Below the pieces are notes generated by a model. The model had not been told where the DNA came from, ran no database searches, and saw nothing but the letters and a program-made list of their open reading frames with translations. A stretch of 62,528 nucleotides of DNA, counting the filler, from a bacterium (lineage in GTDB: Bacteria > JBDRGX01): NCBI GenBank assembly GCA_043817485.1. It is 8 parts of 8 records of this genome, joined end to end, with 100 filler letters (N's around TTAATTAATTAA, not from the genome) between each part and the next. Parts side by side here need not be neighbours in the genome. Positions count along the whole stretch, not along the records: positions 5,367 to 15,442 come from JBDRGX010000131.1; positions 15,543 to 27,524 come from JBDRGX010000132.1; 6 more parts are not named here. One strand, 5' to 3'. Positions 10,439 through 18,576 of this stretch are shown in pieces (the first letter of the stretch is position 1; every line of letters starts with the position of its first letter). A program made the position numbers and the translations under genes.

Positions 10439-10515
10439 TGGGGTGAGCGAGGGGATTCGAACCCCCAGCCACTGGATCCACAATCCAGAACTCTAACCAT
10501 TGAGCTACGCTCACC
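10439..10515 (-). tRNA. tRNA-His(GTG)
   Basis: GGTGAGCG...CTGGATTGTGGATCCAG...GGTTCGAATCC...CGCTCACCCCA, with G-1:C73 pair and encoded CCA. Confidence 0.95.
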
Positions 10516-10620
10516 ATATATAAATGTTCTAAAGTCAGAATAAAAAAACATACATTTAAATATTAAAAAAAAATTGAATATCGAAATTCGAAACAAATCC
10601 GAAAAATATAATAATATAAG

Positions 10621-10694
10621 TGCGCCTGGGGGGGCTCGAACCCTCAACCTACAACTTAGAAGGCTGTTGCTCTATCCAATTGAGCTACAGGCGC
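10621..10694 (-). tRNA. tRNA-Arg(TCT)
   Basis: GCGCCTGTAGCTCAATTGGATAGAGC, anticodon loop CTTCTAA, GGTTCGAG; CCA not encoded. Confidence 0.95.
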
Positions 10695-10724
10695 AAATTA
10701 ATTTATTTTTTAACTTTTTATATT

Positions 10725-10801
10725 TGGTGCGTCTGAGAGGATTTGAACCCCCAGTTTATGGCTCCGGAGGCCATTGTTTTATCCAATTAAACTACAGACG
10801 C
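10725..10801 (-). tRNA. tRNA-Arg(CCG)
   Basis: GCGTCTG...ATGGC-CTCCGGA-GCCAT...GGTTCAAAT...CAGACGCACCA. Confidence 0.93.
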
Positions 10802-10905
10802 AAAAATAAAAAATAAATATGTTATTATAATTTAATTTTATGCAACTTTTTTTTATTATTTTTTAAATTGACAAAAAACAAAGATAAAATAATATTATCA
10901 AAACT

Positions 10906-12234
10906 ATGAAAACAAAAAATTATATATTTATCTTTTTATTATTTTTAATGTTTTCTTTTGTATCTGCAAAAGAAATTGTATTTGTCATACCTATTAATAA
11001 AGTAATAGATTTAGGGCTTGCATCTTTTGTTAAAAGAGTAATTAAAGAAGCAGAAAAAAATCAAGCAAAATTAATAATTTTAGAAATTGATACTTTTGGT
11101 GGAAGAGTAGATGCAGCAGTTCAAATAAGAGATGCTTTATTAAATACAAAAATAGAAAGTATTGCTTTTATAAATAAACGAGCTATTTCTGCGGGTGCTT
11201 TAATTTCTCTTTCTTGTTCACATATTATTATGACAAGTGGTGCAACTATAGGTGCTGCAACACCCGTACAATTAAATACATCTGGTGGAACAAAACCTAC
11301 TAGTGAAAAAGAAATTTCTTATGTAAGAGCAGAATTTAGAGCAACAGCAGAAAAAAGAGGTTATCCATTAAATATTGCAGAAGCTATGGTAGATCCAGAT
11401 ATAGAAATAAAAGGATTAATAAAAAAAGGAAAACTTTTAACTTTAACTACAGAAAGAGCAATTGAATATAAATTAGCTGAAACAAAATTAGAAAACATAA
11501 AAGAAATATTAGAAAAATATAAATTAAATAAAGCAGAAATTAAAAATGTTTCTCCAAAATTAGCAGAAGAAATAGTTAGATTTTTTACTCATCCAATTGT
11601 AAGTTCTTTACTTCTTAGTTTAGGCATGTTAGGTCTTATTATTGAATTTAGAGTTCCTGGTTGGGGACTTCCTGGAACAGTTGGAGTTTTATCTTTTTTT
11701 ATTTTTTTTTGGGGTCATTATTTAGCTGGATTAGCTGGATTAGAAGAAATAATTATTGGGAGTGGTGGAATAATTTTATTAGGATTAGAAATATTTGTTA
11801 TTCCTGGTTTTGGTATTACTGGAATATTAGGAATTTTTTTAATTTTATCTAGTATATTTATGACTTTAATTTCTCATAAACCTAATTTCAATGATTTAAC
11901 TCAAGCTTTATCTATTATTGCAAGTTCTCTAATTACAACATTTGTAATCTTTGCTATTTTACTAAAATATCTTCCAAAATTTTCTTTATTTAAAAAATTA
12001 ATTTTAATAAATACAGAAGATAAAAAAAATGGTTTTATTTCTTCTTTTGAAAAATATGAACAATTACTTGATAAAATTGGCATTTCTTTAACTCCTTTAC
12101 GACCAATAGGAAAAGCTTTAATTGATGATAAACAAGTAGAAGTTATTACAGAAGGAAGCTATATTGAAAAAAATGAAAAAATAATAGTAATTAAAGTACA
12201 AAAAGATAAAATTTTTGTTAAATTGTCAAATTAA
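10906..12234 (+). CDS. NfeD-family membrane serine protease (ClpP-like, TM and OB domains; YqeZ-like)
   Basis: IDTFGGRVD, AISAGALI, IGAATPV, EIFVIPGFG, TPLRPIG. Confidence 0.88.
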   Translation: MKTKNYIFIFLLFLMFSFVSAKEIVFVIPINKVIDLGLASFVKRVIKEAEKNQAKLIILEIDTFGGRVDAAVQIRDALLNTKIESIAFINKRAISAGALISLSCSHIIMTSGATIGAATPVQLNTSGGTKPTSEKEISYVRAEFRATAEKRGYPLNIAEAMVDPDIEIKGLIKKGKLLTLTTERAIEYKLAETKLENIKEILEKYKLNKAEIKNVSPKLAEEIVRFFTHPIVSSLLLSLGMLGLIIEFRVPGWGLPGTVGVLSFFIFFWGHYLAGLAGLEEIIIGSGGIILLGLEIFVIPGFGITGILGIFLILSSIFMTLISHKPNFNDLTQALSIIASSLITTFVIFAILLKYLPKFSLFKKLILINTEDKKNGFISSFEKYEQLLDKIGISLTPLRPIGKALIDDKQVEVITEGSYIEKNEKIIVIKVQKDKIFVKLSN

Positions 12235-12236
12235 TA

Positions 12237-12359
12237 ATACTAAGTTGGATTCAAAATGATAACAAGGCGGCAAGGAGGAGGCGACAGAAGCATATAAATA
12301 ATACGTAAAGAAGCCGACAACGAAGCCAACACAGTTAGCGTTTGAATACAACTTGGGAT
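12237..12359 (+). mobile_element. MITE-like element, short complete copy
   Basis: TIRs ATACTAAGTTGGATTCAAA ... TTTGAATACAACTTGGGAT. The GC-richer core is shared with the copies at 39213 and 44154. Confidence 0.7.
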
Positions 12360-12372
12360 AAAAGGTTTTAAA

Positions 12373-12849
12373 ATGAATAACTGGTTTATCATATCTTCTT
12401 TACTCATAGGTGGTTTTTTTCTTTTTTTAATAGAATTATTTATTATTCCAGGTTTTGGAGCAATAGGTATTATAGGGTTAATATTTATTATTACAGGATG
12501 TTATTTACTTTTAAAATTAAGCTTTCTTCTTGGTCTTTTAATAGGACTTGTAAATTTAATAGTGATAATTTTTTTAATGAAAAATTTTGCTAAAACAAAA
12601 TTGTGGAAAAAAATAACATTGAATACTCAAGAAAATAAAAATCAAGGATATTCTATTCAAATAGAAAGTTCTGAAAATTTTTTAAATAAGGATGGGATTA
12701 CACTTACTTCTTTAAGGCCTTCTGGAGCGATAGAAATAGAAGGAAAAAGATTAGATGTATTAACTTTTGGAGAATTTTTGGAAAAAGGTGTAAAAGTGAA
12801 AATTGTAAAAATAGAAGGAAATAAAATTGTAGTAGAAGAAATCAAGTAA
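12373..12849 (+). CDS. Short NfeD-family protein (TM and OB domains)
   Basis: IELFIIPGFG, GITLTSLRPSG, GEFLEKG.KV. Confidence 0.85.
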   Translation: MNNWFIISSLLIGGFFLFLIELFIIPGFGAIGIIGLIFIITGCYLLLKLSFLLGLLIGLVNLIVIIFLMKNFAKTKLWKKITLNTQENKNQGYSIQIESSENFLNKDGITLTSLRPSGAIEIEGKRLDVLTFGEFLEKGVKVKIVKIEGNKIVVEEIK

Positions 12850-12973
12850 ATTTCAAAAACTCATTTATGAAAAAATAAATTGTATACAGATATTTAAAAA
12901 ATAAAAAAAATAAAAAAAATAAAAAGTAAAATATAAATTGCTTTTAATTGTTTAAAATATTAGAAATAATATT

Positions 12974-13145
12974 ACCCTGCGTTGTTCGTGATATGAAAAT
13001 ATATTTGAAGGAACAAAATAGCAAAGGGAGTTATCTTTATAGGTATGGCTTGCATGCTACGAAAGTAGAAACATAAAGTACTTAAAAAAACACCCACTTT
13101 TACAAAAAAGCTATCAAATTATTAATTACACGGCAAATGCAGGGT
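12974..13145 (+). ncRNA. ssrS: 6S RNA (probable)
   Basis: 172 nt with paired ends ACCCTGCGTTGTTCGTG / CACGGCAAATGCAGGGT and internal AAGGGAG, GCATGC and CACCCACTT elements, as in 6S RNAs. Confidence 0.75.
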
Positions 13146-13177
13146 TTTATAAAATTTCAATTTTAAAAGGATTTTTT

Positions 13178-14308
13178 ATGCTTATTCAAGATTTAATGAA
13201 TTTGGCAATTGAAAAAAAAAGTTCTGATATACATTTAAAAAGTAATAAACATCTTATTTTAAGAATAAATGGAAATTTAATATCTATTGAAGAATTCTTT
13301 TTTTCTACAGAAGAAATTAAAAATTTAATTTACTCTGTTATGTCAAAATATCAAATTGAAAAATTTGAAAAAGAAAAAGAATTAGATTTTTCTTATGATT
13401 TGGAAAATCATGCAAGATTTAGAATCAATGTTTTTTATCATACTGGAGCAATTGGAGCAATTTTACGAATAATTCCTTTAAAAATTTCTACAATTGAAGA
13501 ACTTAATTTGCCTTTAATTTTAAAAGATATTGCATTAAAAGAAAGTGGTTTAATATTATGTACAGGGCCTACAGGTTGTGGAAAATCTACTACATTATCT
13601 AGTATGATAGATTATATTAATGTTACTAAATCATGTCATATTGTTACTATTGAAAATCCTATTGAATTCATTTTTCAAGATAAAAAAAGTTTTATTTCTC
13701 AAAGAGAATTAGGCATAGACACTAATTCATTATCTAATGCTTTAAAACATGTTTTACGACAAGATCCAAATGTAATTTTAGTAGGAGAAATGAGAGATTT
13801 AGAAACAATTTCTACTGCTATTACTGCTGCTGAAACTGGGCATTTAGTTTTAAGTACTCTTCATACTATTGATGCTAAACAAACAATAGATAGAATTTTA
13901 GATCAATTTCCAGCGAATCAACAACAAATAATTCAAAGACAATTATCTCAAATTTTAATAGCAATATTTTCTCAACGGCTTGTAAAAAGTTCTTCTGGAG
14001 AAAATAGAATACCAATAGTAGAAATTATGATTAATTCTCCAAGTATTAAATCTTTAATTGCTAATGGAAAAATAGAAGAAATTTTAGATATGATAGAAAA
14101 TTCAAAAAGATATTATGGAATGCAATCTTTTAATCAAGCTTTAATTGATTTATATAAAGAAAAAAAAATAAATTTAGAAGATGCAATAAATATAAGTCCT
14201 AAACCAGATGATCTTAAGTTAAGAATAGCAGGATTATCCTCTGGTGGAGATTTAATAGAAAAAAATAAAGAAGATGCTTTCTCTCATTTAAACAATAAAT
14301 TTCTTTAA
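13178..14308 (+). CDS. pilT: PilT/PilU-family type IV pilus ATPase
   Basis: SDIHL, GPTGCGKSTT, LRQDPNVILVGEMRD, AAETGHLVLSTLH, GMQSFNQ. Confidence 0.85.
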   Translation: MLIQDLMNLAIEKKSSDIHLKSNKHLILRINGNLISIEEFFFSTEEIKNLIYSVMSKYQIEKFEKEKELDFSYDLENHARFRINVFYHTGAIGAILRIIPLKISTIEELNLPLILKDIALKESGLILCTGPTGCGKSTTLSSMIDYINVTKSCHIVTIENPIEFIFQDKKSFISQRELGIDTNSLSNALKHVLRQDPNVILVGEMRDLETISTAITAAETGHLVLSTLHTIDAKQTIDRILDQFPANQQQIIQRQLSQILIAIFSQRLVKSSSGENRIPIVEIMINSPSIKSLIANGKIEEILDMIENSKRYYGMQSFNQALIDLYKEKKINLEDAINISPKPDDLKLRIAGLSSGGDLIEKNKEDAFSHLNNKFL

Positions 14309-15154
14309 ATATTTTTTAATAATGGAACAAGTCCTGCAAAATTTGCCATTTGAATTGATAACCCAGGACGAGCATTTAATTCCATAATAAGCGGTTTTTC
14401 ATTTTCATCTAAAACTATATCCACTCCTAAATAATTAATATCTACTATTTTACAAGATTCAATAGCTAAATTAATAATTTCTTGCCAATTAGGAATTTGA
14501 AGATTTGCAAAAATTTTATTAGTATCTGGATGAACAGTAATTTTTTTGTTTTCATAAAAACCAAATTGTGTATAGCCCGTATTTAGATTTATTCCTACAC
14601 CAATTCCCCCTTTATGAAGATTGGCACAACCATTAGAAATAAAACTTGGAAATCTAATCATAGCCATTACAGGAATATTTTTATAAACTATTATTCTTAT
14701 ATCTGGTAATCCCGTAGAAATAATATTTTTAAAAATAGAAGGTGGTTTTATTTTTTTTTTCTATAAGAGCAATATCTTTTTGATTTGATAAAGAAAACAT
14801 TCCAGAGATAATAGAAGAAATATGAAGTTTAATATCTTGTAAATTCCAAAATTTTCCAGATATATCTTCCCATAAATTTTCTTGTTTTTTTTCAAGAATA
14901 ATAATTCCATGAGCACAAAATCCTTGAGCTGGCTTAATAACAAATGAAGGTAAAAAAGAAATTTTTTCTTTTAAAGATTTTAATTCAATATAAGATTGAA
15001 AGGTAGTATAAAGATAAGGAATAGAAATATTATTAGAAATAAGAATATTTCTAGTAATAAGTTTATTATCTACTAATGCATATTTTTTTCTTTGATCTGG
15101 TTTTAATAAATAAAAAAGATTTCTTTTATTAATTCCTAAAATATCTTTATACAT
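14305..15154 (-). pseudogene. Alpha-L-glutamate ligase-like ATP-grasp protein, frameshifted at an A10 tract
   Basis: ILGINKRN and FVIKPAQG in the 5' part; ANLHKGG, GVDIVLD and ELNARPGL in the 3' part. Deleting one A at 14751-14760 joins both ORFs through GLPDIRII. Confidence 0.8.
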
Positions 15155-15442
15155 TTTTTAATGATTGAAATTTCCATAACTCTGTTAATCTAAGTTCAGT
15201 ATATCTTCCAATAAGTATTAAAATACCAATTATAGATAAAAGATTTTCTGGAAAAAAGAACATAATAAGTTGAATTGTTTTAGAAAAAATAATTAAATAT
15301 GTAAGATAACCTATTAAAATTGTTTGCAAAAATAAAAGAAAAAGATTTTTTATTTTATTTTCTATTTGAGTAATGCAAAATTGTTCACTAATTATTATTA
15401 TAATAATAAATGGTAAAAAAGAAATTTTTTCTAATTTTACAT
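15147..15442 (-). CDS. C-terminus of a 7TM inactive-transglutaminase-type membrane protein (5' truncated)
   Basis: Open frame from the contig edge; FPENLL...IGRYTELRLTELWKF; usual partner of this ATP-grasp family. Confidence 0.7.
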
Positions 15443-15542
15443 NNNNNNNNNNNNNNNNNNNNNNNNNNNNNNNNNNNNNNNNNNNNTTAATTAATTAANN
15501 NNNNNNNNNNNNNNNNNNNNNNNNNNNNNNNNNNNNNNNNNN
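15443..15542. other. Artificial contig linker
   Basis: N44-TTAATTAATTAA-N44. Confidence 0.98.
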
Positions 15543-16406
15543 TTGCCAATTTATGCAATAGCAAATGAACCAAGTACAATGGATACTGAAAAAGAAAAAA
15601 AAATAGATAAAGAAAAAATAATCAAAGAAGTAGTAAAATTAGAAGAATTATTACAAAAAGCTAAGGAAATAGTTGCAAAAAGTGAAAATAAAGCAGCAAA
15701 AGAAATTTTAGAAAAAGCAAAAGAAGTATATTCAGAAGTAAAACAAGCTGTTAAAGACGAAACTTATAGAATAGCCATAAAAAAAATGAAAGTAGCAATT
15801 ACTTTAGCTCAAAATGCAATTAAAATTGCAAAAGAAAAAAACCCTTCAACAGTAACACCAGGTATTCCAAAAATAAAAGGAAAAATGGAACGATTATCTA
15901 ATCTTTTAGAAAGAGCAGGAAAAATTGTAGAAAAAAGTGAAAATGAAAAAGCAAAAGAACTTTTAGAAAAAGCAATTACAAAATATGAAGAAGCAAAAGA
16001 AGCCATTAAAGAAGAAAAATATGGATTAGCTTTACAAAAAATTGAAGTAGCAATAAATTTAGCTCAACATGCTATTAGAATTGCAAAAGGACAACCATCT
16101 TTAATAATTAAAAAAGAAATGTCAAAATTAGCTCGTCTTTTACATAAAGCAAAAAAAATTGTAATTATAAGTGGGAATGAAGAAGCAAAAGATCTTTTAA
16201 AACAAGCTGTTGAATTAGCTAAAGAAGCAAGAGAAGCTATTAAAGAAAAAAAATATGAATTAGCATTGGAAAAAATAAAACAATCTGCTAAATTAGCCAT
16301 ACAAGCTATTAAAATGGCTCGACCAATAGGAGATACTACATCTGATCCAAATTTATTAGAAGATAAATCTAATGAAGAAATTTTAGCAAATACAGAATTA
16401 AAATAA
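15543..16406 (+). CDS. Alpha-helical repeat protein with three repeats (5' truncated, probably exported)
   Basis: Three repeats L..LL.KA..IV.KS.N..AK.LL.KA......A..A.KE.KY..A..K...A..LAQ.AI..A; begins with LPIYA, like the end of a signal peptide. Confidence 0.75.
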   Translation: MPIYAIANEPSTMDTEKEKKIDKEKIIKEVVKLEELLQKAKEIVAKSENKAAKEILEKAKEVYSEVKQAVKDETYRIAIKKMKVAITLAQNAIKIAKEKNPSTVTPGIPKIKGKMERLSNLLERAGKIVEKSENEKAKELLEKAITKYEEAKEAIKEEKYGLALQKIEVAINLAQHAIRIAKGQPSLIIKKEMSKLARLLHKAKKIVIISGNEEAKDLLKQAVELAKEAREAIKEKKYELALEKIKQSAKLAIQAIKMARPIGDTTSDPNLLEDKSNEEILANTELK

Positions 16407-16416
16407 AAGTATTTCA

Positions 16417-16463
16417 AAAAAATAAAAAGGGTAAGAAAAAAAATCTTACCCTTTTTATTTTTA
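16417..16463 (+). terminator. Rho-independent terminator
   Basis: AAAATAAAAAGGGTAAGA-loop-TCTTACCCTTTTTATTTT. Confidence 0.8.
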
Positions 16464-16474
16464 AATTAAACTTC

Positions 16475-16502
16475 TTGACAACTTTTTATAAAAAGATACT
16501 AT
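16475..16502 (+). promoter_or_regulatory. Sigma70-type promoter
   Basis: TTGACA-16 nt-TACTAT. Confidence 0.5.
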
Positions 16503-16591
16503 TATTGAAAAAATAATTTTCATAAATTATGTCAAATATTAAAATTAGTAAATATATTTCTTTATTTTAAAAAGGAGAAAGAAAAAAAAAT

Positions 16592-18529
16592 ATGAAAGAA
16601 AAATTTTCTAAAACAGAGAATGCAAAGCCTCCACAAAAACAAAAAGATATTTTAGAAAAAGTTAAATCTTTTGGCCCTGTCCCTAATTTAGAAGAATATG
16701 TTCAACCAGATTGGTGGCGATCCATTTTCAATTCTATTTATTTAAAAACAGATGCAGATGTAGTTGATGATGAAAATATTACCAAAAATGAAATAAATAT
16801 TTTTTTAGAAATTCTTAAATTATCACAAGAAGATCCTATTTTAGATTTATGTTGTGGACAAGCACGACATACTATTGAATTAACAAAAAAAGGATTTATA
16901 AATATTACAGGATTAGATCGTTCACACTATTTAATTCAAAAAGCAAAAACACAAGCAAAAAAAGAAAATTTAAATATTAAATTAAAAGAAGGAGATGCAA
17001 GAAATCTTCCATTTTCTCCAGACACTTTTAAAGCAGTTATGATATTAGGAAATAGTTTTGGTTATTTTGAAACAATGGAAGATGATTTAAGAGTTTTAAA
17101 AGAAGTTTTTAAAACTTTAATTCCATGGGGAAAACTTTTGATTGATGTAACTGATGGAGCGTATTTAAAAGAAAAATTTCAACCAAGATCATGGGAATGG
17201 ATAGATAAAAAACATTTTGTTTGTAGAGAAAGATCTCTTTCTTTAGATAAACAATGCTTAATTTCAAGAGAAGTAGTTACTCATGTAGAAAAAGGAGTTA
17301 TTGCTGATCAATTTTATGCAGAAAGACTTTATACTCGTGAAATTCTAAATGAAATTTTAAAATTAGCAAATTTTACAGATATTACTTTCCATTGTGAAAT
17401 ATCTCCAAATTCTCAACGAAATCAAGATTTGGGAATGATGGAAAAACGAATTATTACCACAGCTATTGCTAAAAAAAATTGGGCTCCAATTAAAAAGAAA
17501 AAAAATGCAGTAAAAAATGTAGTTGTTGTTATGGGAGATCCATCAAAACCAGATATTTTAAAACCATTATGTATTTTTGATGAAGATGATTTTTATACTA
17601 TTGATCAATTAAAAAGTGCTTTAAGAGAATTTAAAAATTATCAATTTACTTATTTTAATAATCATGATACATTATTTCAAGATTTATTAAAAAATAAAAC
17701 TAAAACAGATTTTATTTTTAATTTATGTGATGAAGGTTATAATAATGATGCACGGAAAGAGCTTCATATCCCTTCTATGTTCGAAACACTTGATATTACA
17801 TATACTGGTTCTGGTCCTCAATGCCTTGCTTTTTGTTATGATAAATCATTAGTGCGTGGAATTGCAAATGAAATAGGAATTCCCGTTTCAAAAGCTTTTT
17901 TTATTAAACCAGAAGATATTACTTTTGATCTTCCTTTTGGATTTCCAATTCTTGTTAAACCTAATTTTGGTGATTCAAGTTTTGGAATAACTCAAAAAAG
18001 TGTAGCAACTAATATTGAAGAACTTGTTAATGCCATTACAGAAATTAGAGAAAAATTTGGTTATGATAAACCACTTCTTGTAGAAGAATTTTTAACAGGA
18101 AAAGATTTAAGTGTAGGAATAATAGGAAATCCTCCAGAATCTTATACAGTTTTACCTATTATTGAAGAAGATTATTCTTTACTTCCTCAAAATCTTCCTA
18201 AAATATGTGGTTATGAAGCTAAATGGATTCCAAAATCACCATATTGGAATATTAAATCTATTCCAGCTAATTTACCAGAAGAAACTGAAAAATTTATTAT
18301 AGATTGTTGTTTGAAATTATTTGAAAGATTAGAATGTAAAGATTATGCAAGATTAGATTGGAGACTTGATGCAAACGGCAATCCAAAATTACTTGAAGTT
18401 AATCCTAATCCAGGATGGTGTTGGGATGGACATTTAGCAAAAATGGCAAAATTTGCTGATATTTCATATCCAGAAATGATAAAATTTATTTTACAAGCAA
18501 CAGAACAACGATTAAAAATTCAAGAATAA
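16592..18529 (+). CDS. Class I SAM methyltransferase fused to a D-Ala-D-Ala-ligase-like ATP-grasp domain
   Basis: ILDLCCGQARH, GLDRS, GDARNLP and GNSFGYF in the N-terminal half; YTGS, LVKPNFGDSSFGI, LVEEFL, YARLDWR and LEVNPNPG in the C-terminal half. Confidence 0.85.
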   Translation: MKEKFSKTENAKPPQKQKDILEKVKSFGPVPNLEEYVQPDWWRSIFNSIYLKTDADVVDDENITKNEINIFLEILKLSQEDPILDLCCGQARHTIELTKKGFINITGLDRSHYLIQKAKTQAKKENLNIKLKEGDARNLPFSPDTFKAVMILGNSFGYFETMEDDLRVLKEVFKTLIPWGKLLIDVTDGAYLKEKFQPRSWEWIDKKHFVCRERSLSLDKQCLISREVVTHVEKGVIADQFYAERLYTREILNEILKLANFTDITFHCEISPNSQRNQDLGMMEKRIITTAIAKKNWAPIKKKKNAVKNVVVVMGDPSKPDILKPLCIFDEDDFYTIDQLKSALREFKNYQFTYFNNHDTLFQDLLKNKTKTDFIFNLCDEGYNNDARKELHIPSMFETLDITYTGSGPQCLAFCYDKSLVRGIANEIGIPVSKAFFIKPEDITFDLPFGFPILVKPNFGDSSFGITQKSVATNIEELVNAITEIREKFGYDKPLLVEEFLTGKDLSVGIIGNPPESYTVLPIIEEDYSLLPQNLPKICGYEAKWIPKSPYWNIKSIPANLPEETEKFIIDCCLKLFERLECKDYARLDWRLDANGNPKLLEVNPNPGWCWDGHLAKMAKFADISYPEMIKFILQATEQRLKIQE

Positions 18530-18576
18530 ATTTTTATTTAAATAAGAATTTATTCTCTTAATTAAGGATACAATAT

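Noticed and set aside
10436-10441. Encoded CCACCA after tRNA-His
   Set aside because: A 3-nt coincidence is likely; normal 3' trimming would remove it.
10396-10816. ORFs 10396-10647 and 10574-10816
   Set aside because: They overlap three tRNA genes and are spurious.
12974-13145. ACCC-ended inverted repeat read as an IS982-type MITE
   Set aside because: The end mismatches are largely G-U compatible and the internal motifs match 6S RNA; it is single-copy in the window.
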